A stretch of DNA of 64,000 nucleotides from Lama glama (Eukaryota), in contig CM052818.1 in the NCBI GenBank assembly GCA_028534125.1, positions 24,306,001 through 24,370,000 of the forward strand. The letters are read 5' to 3'. Position numbers and translations under genes: made by a program. The notes under the pieces are model-generated. The model was not told the origin of the DNA, did not search any database, and was given only the letters and a program-made list of their open reading frames with translations. Positions 35,656 to 48,690 of the stretch are shown here, piece after piece; position 1 is the stretch's first letter; each line of letters opens with the position of its first letter.

Positions 35656-38343
35656 GATACTGACTTTGAAATAATTTAGATGTCTGTAAAAAAGCATGTA
35701 CCCAAAAGAAAATATTTTCAAAAGATAAGGGGAGAATTGTAAATCTCATAAATCAGAGAGGATTACCTTTTACCTTTTAGTATATATAATCTTTGTTTTG
35801 CTCTCTTTTGTTTTATGGATATGTGTTTAAAATATTCCTTAAAGAAATAAAATTCTTTGAAATTAAATCTTAATAGCTGAATAATATTCTATTATATAAA
35901 TACAGTTTACTTAGTGAGGCTCCTGTTACTGGATTTTGCTTTGATATTGTTTTGTTTCCTTTTCTTTTTACAAACATTTACATATAAATAATGAATGCCA
36001 CAGGGAAAATTTTGGGGGAAAACAATCTTGTTGGACACTTAGTTCTTTAAGTTAAATCCTTACATTGGAATAAATAGACCCAACTATATGGACATGTTAA
36101 CCATATGGCAACTTTTACCAAGTTATTTTAAGAGAATCTGTACCAGTTTACATTTCTAATGTCTATGCATAATTTTCTGATGAGAGTATTTGCTAGAAAA
36201 CCGTATCTGTCCTTATATATAGAAATGCTTCCTTTAAAAATTTTTTGCTAGTTGTTATTGTCCACTATGTGCAAAATATTGTGCCACACAGTATTTTTTT
36301 ATACATTAAATTAGTTACCTTTGAAGTGTTCCTAAATTCTAATATGCCATTCTTCAAAGTCCTTCTTATATTCCCCTTTTGAAATTGTCTTCAGAGCCAT
36401 AGATAACATCTATTTTAAAAAATTTCATATGGCATTATCTTGCCTGATCATTCACGTTATTTAAAAGTCTTAGTGCCAAATAACTTTGGTTCCCAAGTCA
36501 AATCCAATCGAAAAAAACATTATTATTTTTTCAAAATCATTTATTAAGCTTTCAGCTGTATTGCAATATTACAGGATGGTCACCATTCTCGGGGTCAAAA
36601 ATCTCAGTTTGAATCTCGTTTGCTGGCATTTACGGGCATAGCTAAGTTAGTTATGTGTTCTTAAGACTCAGTTTGTTTTTCTAAAAAATGGTGAAAATAC
36701 TTCTCATTTGAAGTGCTATGATCAGTATCATGAGATAAGATATGTGAAAATTCTTTGTTAATAAGAAAATGGAACTGGTAATATTATTATTATGAAATAT
36801 TAAAGATAATATAGGTAAATTCAGGGAGTGGGAAGACCTGTGTTAAAATGGCATGTTAGAATTACGACAATGGCCATATTTATATGGTCAGAAAATCTCA
36901 CAACTCTATTTGTTCACCACAATTTCTGCAAATAGGTTTCTGCCAACTTTTATCCTTGCCTGTAATGCTTGTAAATATTAAACTGCTGATAGAATGTAGA
37001 GGCCTTTTTTTATTATTATTATTAACATCTAGAAAGCTTTTAATGCAAACCGAGTAAAATTACTTTCAGTGTGAGCCCTAGTAGGCTATGTTAATTTCAT
37101 CCTTCTTTGGCTAGTAACAAGTCAAATTGAAAGATTTTTGCCGTAATTTCTGAAAACTGGGATAATCTAGTGTTTTGATGTTCTGAGTTTTCATTACATC
37201 ATTTCATTGCCCTCAGTGGGGTACTATAATAATCTAATAAATCATTTCTAAAATGTATTGCCTAAAGCTTCAGTGGAGAGGCATGCATATGAAAGCCCCA
37301 TAATTTATCGAAAAGTTAAACCAGAAAGTTTTTATTTAATTCGTTTCCTCTAGTGTTTGCTTCTGGAGGTGGCCTCGTTTTTTTCTCTTTCTTTTCTCTT
37401 TGTCCTCCTTTTTATTCTTCTCACTCTTAGTCTGAGGTTGCTCCTATTCACCAGGCTATTTTTGTAGAGCTCACTGAACTCCATCTTTGGTGGTGAAGGG
37501 ATAGCAGAAAGGGACTAGCAGCTAATTAATAAATTAGCAGCTTCATTAGTTGGTTGATAGGCAAAGTAGGAACAAGGGGTCCATGTGCATCTGACTACAT
37601 TCTCTCTGCCCCACCTGCCCTTTAAATTGATCACAGCAACCTTTGAAGGATATGGTGCCTGTATACATAATTTCCATTGTATTCTGAGGAAGGTGATTCC
37701 ACTGTGATTACTTCCAAAACCCCGAGTCTTTTATTTCTCTTATTTTCTTTCCACTCTCCAGCCTCATTATTTGCCACCACCTCAAATCTTTTCTATCCAG
37801 CAAGCTAGATTACAGATGGAGGTTTTCCTGTAAGAATTAGCGTATTCTAAATTGATGACTACATACCCACTCTTGAGAAACTGAAGCTCTGATGTGGTAC
37901 TTTGTGTGCATATTTCTGAAGGTTTGTGAATTTAAAGCTTTTTTTCAGGGTGGAGGGTGGGTCAGATTTCTTTCTGGCCAGCCACTTGGTTTGGGCAATT
38001 TTGAAGCAGGAGTTCTTGACAAAGAGCCTAAGACTCCATTATCTTTTGGCTTTGAAGCAGGGCAAAACCCCTGATTTCTCTATTGACTCCAAGTGTATTT
38101 CTGAAGCCTGAATCTGCAGAATTATTTTCCCCATAGAAAGGAAATCAGAATAGACCCCTGAGCACTGAGAGTTGGTATTTCATTCAACTGATAGACAATT
38201 TCAAATGAGGACCACTATTTCAAGAAGATTTGTTCTCTCTGAGGAAAGTACCTTGCATTCCTGTCTCACGGTCTCAAAAAGAGGAAGGATTTTGCAGGCT
38301 TTTCTTGAAAGGGTATTTTGCAGTCATATCAAAAGTTATGTTT

Positions 38344-38429
38344 CACAACAAGTTTCTACTGTGTAGCACAGGGAACTATATTTAATATCTTGTAGTAACC
38401 TATAATGAAAAAGAATATGAAAACCTAAA
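38344..38429 (+). mobile_element. 86-bp L1 3'-UTR fragment with 13-bp TSD
   Basis: TGTAGCACAGGGAACTATATTTAATATCTTGTAGTAACCTATAATGAAAAAGAATATG. AAAAGTTATGTTT occurs at 38331-38343 and 38430-38442. Confidence 0.85.
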
Positions 38430-39721
38430 AAAAGTTATGTTTAAGTATAATCACTCTGATTTAGAGCGTGTTACATAATTGTAACCTATTTTCATTCCTG
38501 TGAGTTACAGTTAAGTGACCAAGGAGATTTTTTTTTTTAAAGCTTCTTAAGGCTCACATTTATTTTCTATATTAATGTGTTTTAACTCAACACTGCAGTG
38601 GAAATTTGCTCTGATGATGTATATTTTACCATAGCAGGACTGGTCTTGCTAAACCTCGATCAGGCTCATGAATTTTAGAGCCTCCCCAGTATATGGGTGG
38701 TGTTTCACCCCTTTCGTGAGCAGGAGGGCATGCTTCTTTTCCGGTGTGCCATGGTTTGTTAATTAGCAGCTCTGTCACGACATTTCCCTTGCCCAGCTGG
38801 GCCACTTACTTGTCACACCCTCATCTCCCAATGCTACCCTAAGTGCTGTCTCTTTTAGCCCAGATTCAGGCTGTCGAATTATGTTTTCTTGTGTCCTTGG
38901 TGTGCAGGGAATTTACACCTTTACACTCATGTATCAAAACTCCAGTGGTTTCAGGAGGGAAGTGTAGAAAACAAAACAAGAGAGGATCTCTCCACTTTTA
39001 TTTCCAAATGGGCCTTTGTTCCTGTGAATCTGCAGAGGTGGGACACAGCCATACAGATATCCACGGTCTGAAAGAAAATGTTGATAAATGAAGGCCGGGA
39101 GGGGTGTCAGATTGCCTGCCTGCCTTGCAGAAAACAGCATGAAATGAAGACTTGAGGGAGTGAGTTTAGATTGGACGTGATCTGGTTCAACCCCAAACTT
39201 TCACTCCCAATGTACTAAGTGATGTTTGATGCCTCCAGTGATGTCAGGAACGGGATGATGGGGAGGAAAGAGATAAAGAAGGAAATTTAGAGGGACAAAG
39301 AAAATATGTGCCTTCCCACGGCCAAACTTACACTCCTTCCAAGAGAAGATTATTAAACTGTTATGGAGAGAATATATTTGTGCTTTTGTTACTTATGGGA
39401 TAGATTCCTTGGTACCCAACACAATTATTTGCTTGTACTTGTGAGTGAATAAATGCAAACGGGCCAGTGATTACCGTCACCTGTGAAGACCCACAGTTCA
39501 GAAGAGTCACCTCAGAGGAGACGGAACACAAGGCCAGCCCTTTGTGAAGAGAATTGGCCAAAAAAGCAATGAGTGACTCCCCCTAACCACTTCCTTTGCC
39601 CAAGGGGATCCCCCAAGAAGGTTAGGAAAGTCAGTTATTCAAGAGCTATTAAAAAAAAATTACTGCCACTTTTTAGAATAAGCTAAGGTTTGAATGCCAC
39701 ATGGAAAATTGGCAGAGAAAT

Positions 39722-39905
39722 CTTTTTATTTTCTTTTTATTGAAGTACAGTCAGTGTACAATGTTGTGTTAATTTCTGTTGTACAACAAAGTGTTACAGT
39801 TATACAAATGTATAAATATTCCTTTTCATTACGGGTTATTACGAGATATGAAATGGGTTATTACGAGATATGAAATATAGTTCCCAGTGCTCTACAGTAG
39901 AAGCT
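39722..39905 (-). mobile_element. L1 3' end fragment with an internal 22-bp tandem duplication
   Basis: TTTTATTGAAGTACAGTCAGTGTACAATGTTGTG...ATAGTTCCCAGTGCTCTACAGTAG. GGGTTATTACGAGATATGAAAT occurs twice (39833-39854, 39855-39876). Confidence 0.8.
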
Positions 39906-42900
39906 GTTCACTGAATGCATGCTCAGGATCACAAAGTTGGGAACATGGGATAAATAGGATAGAGAAGGTCTTTGTTGACAGAGGCTAACAGTGTATGCTG
40001 GCAGAGCAGTCAGAGCATATGTGCTGAGAGCTACGGGAGCCCTGGTTGCAGAACTGCTGATATTTTCCCAGGCAGGGGACCCATGAGGGTGGGAGGAGGA
40101 GCTTCTCGGAGGTGAAGGGTTAAAACCTCATGAGATGGAAGTGGAGAAAGGACACAGGCAAAAGACAGGGCGAGAGCCAACTACCAAGAAAGAAGAAAAC
40201 ACGCTGACGGTTTAGCAGTGAAGGAACCATTGAAATTTAGAAGTAGCACCTAGTGAAACACCTCCTTTCACAGATACAGAAACAATCCAAGAGGAATCCA
40301 GTGAGTGACTTACTAAGCTCATACAGTTAGGAAGGGGTGGAATTGGATTTTGAACCCACTTATCTTAATCCTCAGGTCACTGTTTGCATGGCCATCACCA
40401 AGTAAGAAAACTGGGGGGGGAGAAGTGGGAGAACCAGCACAGAGAGGGGTTTTTCTGTTCCTGTTATACGTGTACATGCTCAGCTTGGGATGTAGAGATG
40501 GGGGACACATGTCATATGGTATCTTACTGACGTTTAAGCCCCAAGTGGTCAACGTGAGGCATGATGTCCTCCTGCAATGTCTCTGAGCTTCAGAGAAGTG
40601 ACCCACAAACTGGTTTTGCTTGGAACTAACAGGGGAGAAGCTGACAGTGGTTGGACTGTAGGCTTGATGTAAGTGCAGAACCATGCCAGCTCTGTCCTAG
40701 TACACATGAGGCAGCAGCACTAGGCAGCAGAGCTCCATCATGCTGATCTCACCTGGGACTTCCTACCACCCTCTCCACACTCAGCCCTCGTCGCAGGTCA
40801 CGTTTTGCCATCCCTTCCCACCCCCACCAGTCCAGTAGTGAAAGGCTGTCGACATCGAGAGCTCTACAACCCATTTAGATTTTTTTAAATTCCCTGTTTG
40901 GCATTTATGTATTGAACGTTATATTCAAAATTGCTTGGGGAACATTCTGGCATCTTGCCAAGATAACTGTGCATTCACGAAGAATTAGAAAGTCCAGGAA
41001 TGCACCAAGCTCCAAGAGCAGTGATATCTTCTATTTTCACATTGCATATCGAAGGTGGCATGCTTGAAATGTCTCCTGAGATGATATTTAGCATAATCTT
41101 TGGTTTATTTGTATGAATTTTTTGAAGAAATGCAGAATTTAAACACTGGAGCTTCTGTGTGCATGTATATTTGTGTATCTGCATATTTTATAGAGATGGC
41201 TGATGACAAATGAACCCAATATTAATTGCATTTTCCCACAAGAGGAAAACATCAAGCAGGTCTGTGCTATAGAAGGAGGATGATGCACGTGTTGCGTGCA
41301 GTGATGCACCACACATTGCATGAAATGATTTTATCAAGATAATGACCGTCATTGAGGAGTCAGCTATCAGATTTTTCAAACTCATGCGAATCATTTTCAA
41401 GGAACAAGGTGATCTTATGGAAATTTCAGTTAGATTTCAAGTCAAAGCAAATTATCAAAATTTACAGCTCATGTGTTACATGAATTGACCAGAGAAGAAA
41501 AAGAAAATAGAATGGACACAGAAAAAAAATAAAACACCCGTTAGCTCAAATACAAGCACTGTATTTCATTAAAATTGTCAAAGATTGAGCATTGACAAAA
41601 CATTTCATTCTTCCTACGCTAACATTTCTGAAAATGAAATGTGGCCAAACCAACCATAAACCATCATCCAGGCACTACAATGCAGCATTTAGAAAGGTGA
41701 AATACCTTTTCTTTGTTGGAAATTGGAAGATGAATTGGGGGATGTCTCTTAAGAATTCTTGTTTGTAGGATATGCTGGAAAAAGGGTCAAGGGTCTCCAT
41801 TCATTTTATTTTAAAGACAACCCCTTAAAAACTATCATTTACAAGATATGGAAATATCTATGTACTTTTTTTCAGCAATCTGTATTTAAGACATTCCTTG
41901 GCTTTGATCCACAATGTTTCCCATGTTTATTTTTTCTTGGGGTAATTACTTTAGCAAATGTAGGTGTACAACCCATCCTAAGGCTAAGCCACTAATTCTA
42001 CCCTGACATCTTCACTCAGCAACAAAAATAGGATGCATTTATGCTCTGAGTTGTGGCTATTCTGTCTGATAATTGGTGTTTCCTTATTTAGGAAGTAAGG
42101 GTATTTCTTACGGAAATTGGGAAGCATGCTTTCCTAGCATTTCCGCCCTTTTGCCTAGGAGAACATTTACATCTTGCCTCCAGCTCTCCTTTGAAATGAA
42201 TGACAGCCAGTGGGGCGGGGGAGGGGGAGTAGCATGGACTTGCTCAGTGGTTCAGTAAATTACAGACCTTTCTAGGGATTATAAATCCACTTCTGGGTAC
42301 AAGTGTTTGACAAACAGAGATAATTGCTGTTACCCATAAGCTTTCACTGGCTTTGAAAAAAGGAAAAAAATCAGTCTTTGTCAACTGCTTGCATGCAGCT
42401 TGTCTATAAAACAAAAAGTCACCATGGCCCCTCCTTTTCAGCATTCATTTGAACAGCAATGGGTCATTTTTGGACAATTTGTTTAGCTGTTCAACAACTA
42501 GCTTTTTGGTTAATTATACATTTCAAACTAGGAAGTAATGTATTCATGCCAGCTGGAACTGCTGAAATGCTTTAATTCTGCTTTCTGATCATGAAAATGC
42601 AAATATCACCGTCAGTCAGACCAATCATCCTTAGAGTCCATAATCTTTTAATGAATCTAGGGCAATGGTGACCAGTGAAGAAATGATGATTCATTCATTT
42701 AATCAAATATTTCTTGGATGTTTCCTCAACGTGCACAAACTCCTGGGATATTGAATTTTACACAGTTGATAGCAGCTGCATAAAATTACGTATTTTAATA
42801 TGGGCTTTACAAATCACCGTACCTATTGCAAAGAAAATGTGTTCCGGAAGACGTCAGCAAAAGCAGTACATTACAGATAAAATGTAGCAGTGACCTCAGT

Positions 42901-45099
42901 GTTTGCAAAGGACTAAAAATAGTGCAAGTTTTGGTGATCATAGGCATGCACACTTAAGTACAAAACCCAGAGAAAAAAGGTTTTTGTCAGATACGTGTAG
43001 AGAGAGGCATTTCTTTTACTAATGATTGACAGGTGAGAAGGCTGTAGAGCAATATGTTAAAATTTTACTTTCAAAATTAAAAATTTTTAAATATGTTAAG
43101 ATTTACTTTATAGTAGACTTGTTTGTCTCGGGTTAATATGCTCTGTTAGACAACAGTGGATCTGATTATCCAGGATAATCTTAAATTTATGAAAAGTTAC
43201 ATTTTTAAAAGAATCAAATGAAATTGTGACACTTGATAATCAAAAGCAACAAAAGCTTTCAACTTACTTCCTTTAGGGCACATATGGCCCTGTCAGGAGT
43301 TTATTTTTACTTCCTAGATATATTTTCCATGCTCTTGCCTTCGGAGACAACACTATTATTATTCATTATTAGTTACACATTTGTTTTGGATGCCAGAGTG
43401 CTTTCTATGAATAAGTTCTTTCCTTTTTGAATCTCACACAGTAAATGTTCTCTTACTAGTCTGCAGCTAATGTTGAATTTCAAGCTAACTGTATGAACAG
43501 AGGAATAACCGAGAGAGGAAATTACAACTGAAAGATGTTCCAAATCACTGAGAAGATTGCCTAGAATACCTAGGAGTCACATGGTCAATGGCCTGACTGT
43601 TTCAGACCAATTAAAGGGTTCTACTGAATTTTCTCCTGTAGGGAAAGTGAGAACAAAAGTCCAAGCATTCCCTTGGTGGACAATAGTGTCTTTCTCAATA
43701 TGGAAAACCGCAGCTAATGGACAAAGGTGCTGGCTTCTGTGGCTTGGGGAGTTAATTAAGTGGTAGCGACTGGTGGAACTCTTTGGAAGGGGAGCCACTG
43801 AAAACTCTCTCTGGGCTGTTTACACTGCTAACCTGCTAATCATGGAGCAAACATGGAGCAAATTTCCTTCTTGAGTCATTAAGAGTCTACTTTCTCCTTA
43901 ATGCTTGAGTTTAATAGGAGAATGTTTTGCTTTGCAAAGTGTTTTCTTTTGAATAAAGGGAATTAACATGCTATACTGAATAACACCAAATGGCTTGGCA
44001 TGTTTCAAGCTTGTGCTCATTTTTAATATTTCCTATTCAGTAAGGATTAACTTTAAATACCAGTTTAAGTCTAAATGTAAGTTCCAAAATGATTTCATAT
44101 GGTGCTATTGGTGTGTGTAGTGGATAGAACCTATAGCTTATACATTTGAGTGCCATTTGCAAAAGGCACAGATGCCCAATTAGAGGAGAAATTCATGGCT
44201 TTAACTGTTAACTGTGACTCAGGTCTGGAGCACTAAGTCACAAATAAAAATCAAATAGTGCAATTGTGTCAGTAGCTAGTGGCAAAGGCTTTAATCCAAG
44301 AGAGGCAATTTACTTGAGCACAGTGTTAAAGGAGCAAGTAATGATGGTATACTCAAGGTGACTAGCTGAACAATGACTCCAGAGCAATACTTGCAAGCTT
44401 TTTTCCCCCCCCACTTTCCTGTGGTAGAAAAGATGGGATGAAAGTTCTGCAGTGTGATGTGGTGAAGATAGTTTCCTTTAGCACTGGAAGGTGGCAGCCA
44501 TAACGAAGGCAAAAATATATACTAATCTGGGTCATGATGAAAGTCAAAGTGAAATATGAGGTTCTGTTTAGTACCTATGTTCTCATCAATAAAAGTCTAG
44601 AATTGTACATTTGGAGTTAGGAAGTCAGATGTGGGGTCGGTCATTGCAAACGTATGTTTTAGTACCTGACTGCATAGTTTTTTAATGAGCACTGTCTAGT
44701 AGTTAAAGATGACTCAAACTCAGCAAAGAAAGATTTAAAAATTTCACTCATTTTAATGAATTAAACAGCCCCACAAACACACACCCAAAATGTTATATCA
44801 ATATATAGAGATACAGACAGTTTTCCATAAATGTGGGATGTAGAATTCAGTTACTTAAAAACTTACACTAATTGTATGTGGAATCTACTTTGGCTTCAGG
44901 GAGTTTTTTTTCATTTAATGAAAGGATATAGATAATAAGAACTCAGTTTTTTCTTACCAGCCCATTCATTCAAAACTAAGTTTTTGTACTGTGCAAGAAG
45001 TTTTATTAGACATTAAAATGAGTACAGTGTTAATTTCAGTATGGGAGAAGAAATGTATATAAATATCTGTAGTACAAAGAATTATAAGAAAATATTAGA

Positions 45100-45433
45100 A
45101 GACACTAAAGAACTTATTTACAAAATAGAAACAGACTCACAGACATAGTAAACAATCCTATGATTACCAGGGGGAAGAGGTGGGAAGGGCCCAATTGAGA
45201 GTTCTAGAATTGCTAGTTTTGACTACTGTATATGAAGTAGATTAAAAAAACAAATTTCTTATGTATAGCACAGGGAACTAAATTCAATATCTTCTAGTAA
45301 CCTATGATGAAAAAGAATAGAAAAATATACATGTATATGTATGTATGTATGTATATTACTGAAACATTGTGCTGTACATCAGAAGTTGACATTGTAACTG
45401 ACTATACTTCAATTAAAAAAAAGTCAAAAAAAG
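45100..45433 (+). mobile_element. 5'-truncated L1 3' end
   Basis: GAACTTATTTACAAAATAGAAACAGACTCACAGACATAG...TATAGCACAGGGAACT...CATTGTAACTGACTATACTTCAATTAAAAAA. Imperfect AGAAAATAT..TAGAAGA flanking duplication. Confidence 0.85.
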
Positions 45434-48391
45434 AGAAAATATCATAGAAGAAATATAAGAAGAAGAAAAACAGATAAGGTGGAAATTTAGACCTTGAAAG
45501 ATGTGGGTAACATTCTAACGATCCAGGTTGAATGTGGCTCCCTGGTGGGTGGAAATGGAGGCTCTCCCTCCAGTCTGCAAAACGACACGTGGAATTGAGC
45601 CTTGAGGACTGAGGAATAGGCTCACCATGCAGGGGAAGAAGGCAAATTAGCAGGTGGGTATGTGTGTAGAACTCTGGTGATATAAACTTATTTTAAAGGC
45701 AACCTTCCCAAGATACTGTTCATCGTCTTTGGCATTTGTCAAGTCAATGAGGGGAAAATACTTTGGGGGTATAGTGGAGAAAGTTGAAGGATGGCTTCCT
45801 CACGTGCTGATTTAGTGACCATAGTCAAGTGATCTGATTTTGCGGGGCTTTAGTTTCTCAGCTGTACGGTGGAGTTTTTAGATCTGTCTTGCCTGTTATG
45901 GTGAGGGTTAAAGATATTATATGTAAAGCACAAAGCACACAAAAGGCACTCAAAGATGGCTGCTGGTAGGATTTTCTCCCATGTCACTAGGAGGTGGAGA
46001 TGGAAGCAGACTTGAGACTTGGGTCTCTGTCCTTCTCGTCTAGCAGCCTATCGGTGACGCTGTTTCCTCCACTCACTGCAAAGCAGCAAAGGCTGCCTGA
46101 ACCCAGACGTCCAACCACAGCCTGACTCAGTAGCAAACACAGTGTATGAAGTTAGATGAGGACCTCGAAACCAAGGAAATCTTTCTTTATTGAAACAGAC
46201 ATTCCAATATATACCAAAATCAGTACTGTATTTGGATTCACCAAAAAACCCTCAGATTTGACACTCTATCCCCATTCATTTCTTGCTGCTACAGAACTGT
46301 CACTGATCTGTGGCATTCCTAAAGAGGGCTGACAATACAGTGAAGTCACATTGGGAGATGGCAAATCAGGATGATTTAGAGGGTTGGTCAGGTCAAGATC
46401 TATCTTCTTTGGGGGACACTGGTTTAGCGGTCAGAGGAAGCTCTGCTGGCAGCCAGCGGATGTGTTAGTCCTTTGATATCATGGTATTTAGGGAGATATC
46501 TCATTTTCCTTTTAAGTTCAAGAGTTTGTCCTTTTCCTTTCTACCCACAGAAAGAACACCTGTTTCTAGGTATGAACTGGCATGGTAGCAAAGATAATAG
46601 TAATATTAGCATCTTAGGAATACCTGACTGTTGACAAAGCCCTTCTAACTCTACTCATTCAGCACAGACGTGCCCCAGAGAAGCTGCTTAGATGGTGTAG
46701 AACGAACATTAGAAGACTTGAGATCAAGTGTATTGCTTATTTCTGTGTGATAATTTCTTCATTTGGAAAACAGCAATAATTGTACCTGCCTCACAGATCA
46801 TGGTGAGGCCTTGGCGTGATGGTGTCTGTGTTTTGTAAACTGTCAGACACCATGCAAATAGCCACATGGATGTCTTCCCCACCCAGGCAACCAAGATGCT
46901 GCGTTCTGCCCTGGCTCTCCCCTTTCTCGTGTCCTTCAAACGTGGCTTTTCCCACTGGGTTTAATGTTCCCTGCCCACTTCCTGCCTTTCCTTCTGACAG
47001 AGAGAATTGGCACTCTGGACCGTGTCCTCCCTGCCAGTTGGCAGAGTCCACAGAAGGCAGATGCTCTGTTTCTGACATCACCACTAAATCTCTCCCAGTT
47101 TTCTGAGAGGAGCCTTCCCCGGGCCCCTTGTTGCAGGGAACTGGCACCTTTCTCCCAGGCTTTCCTGCCCTCCCCGCTGAGTTCATTCTCACCCTGAAGT
47201 AGGCAGCTCAGTCATGCTGAGTTTGCTAGCACGAACACCCTCTCCTTCCTCCCCTCCTTCCTCCCCATCGGACCCACGAAAGTTTTACACAGGACTTTTA
47301 CTCAGAGGCCAAGTGAAAACAAAAGATTGGATAAGAGGAATCCAGTGAATGTCCAGTTCAACAGTAAATTTGCTGTCTTGCTGGGACATTTTGATGGGCA
47401 TCTAATTTCCTTGGTGAATTCTCAGATAGCCTGGTCTGATTCCTTTTCTTTTTCTTGGCTGGACTGGCTGAGTCTTCACCTGCATTATTGGCCCTCATCT
47501 TTCAGTTCTAGGATCTGCCCACAGCCTCTCTGTGTTCTCCTTCAACTTAATGTGCCTCTTTGTTAAATGTAATTAACCACAGGGTCTAGTAATAAAGCTT
47601 GCTAATTGGCTACAGAATTTAGAAAAATGGTGGTTTTCATTTTGTCAGTTTTAGCAACTTAAAACAGCATCCCAGTTCCTCATCAGTGATTTGTTTTCTT
47701 TCAAATGTCCTCAGTAAAAGAGAGAGGGGCTATTTATTTAATATTAGTGTTTCCCACAGCATAGCATTTTTGGAAACATAACAATTTAAGGTCCCTAGGG
47801 AGCATTTAAATGGTTTTTCATTCTGGTGAGAATCAGGCAGAAAAATTAGTCTTTTTATTTTTTGGATCCAGACCTCTAGAGACTGGGCCATTTCAGACCT
47901 GAGTTAAATTCCTTCAGCCAGTGTCTCCTCCAGGGGTTCTACAGAGGTCAGCCAGAGTGGCCCTGACCTGGGACTGGGTCCTGGTGACCACAACCTGCCA
48001 ATCATTTGCATTAGTTCCCAGTGGCCTTGCTCCCAGGGTGAGGGTGTGAGGAAGGGGAGGCAGGAGGAGCCTGTGAAAGGCAGCCTCACCTTTGGTTCCC
48101 TCAAGGCGTCTTAGCTTATGGCTTGCCTTCTGGCACTGGAGGCCCCAGCTGGTACAGACTCTTCAGCCCTTCTGCCATCCGTCCTGGCCAAGCCCAGTGA
48201 AAGGGTGCCTTGCCTGTTCTTTCCTCTTTGATACCCATGGGCATGTGAGCAAATAGAAGTGGACTTCCTAAATAGCAGCTGGTCCCGACTCATGACTCTG
48301 AGAGATGCTGTCTCACTGGGGCTTTCAGCTGTTTCTGCCTCTAAGTGTCGCATTTCGTTTTCCAAAGTCAGTTTGTAAAATCTTTTGCCAA

Positions 48392-48530
48392 GGAGGGAGG
48401 GCATAGCTCAGTGGTAGAGAGCATTCTTAGCACGCGCAAGGTCCTGGGTTCAATCCCCAGTACCTCCATTAAAAAATAATTATAATAAATAAATAAACCT
48501 AATCACCTCCCCCCAAAATTAAAAAAAAAA
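48392..48530 (+). mobile_element. tRNA-derived SINE, camelid vic-1-like
   Basis: GGAGGGCATAGCTCAGTGGTAGAG (A box) ... GGTCCTGGGTTCAATCCCCAGTACCTCC (B box), followed by AATAAATAAACCTAATCACCTCCCCC and poly(A). Imperfect TSD: AAAATCTTTTGCCAA / AAAACTTTTTCCAA. Confidence 0.85.
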
Positions 48531-48574
48531 CTTTTTCCAAATATATATAGTATTTTTGTATATAGTACATTTTG

Positions 48575-48690
48575 CCATGTATGTGTGTATGTGTGTATAT
48601 GTGTATATATGTGTGTATATATTTTTATATATATATATTATATATCTATACATCTATATCTATATCTATATATATAGATATATATATATA
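48575..48690. repeat. Compound (GT)/(AT)n low-complexity repeat next to the SINE tail
   Basis: ATGTGTGTAT...ATATATAT...ATCTAT units. Confidence 0.85.

Noticed and set aside
48398..48467. Possible tRNA gene
   Set aside because: It has A and B boxes but degenerate stems, a SINE tail, poly(A) and a TSD, so it is a SINE head.
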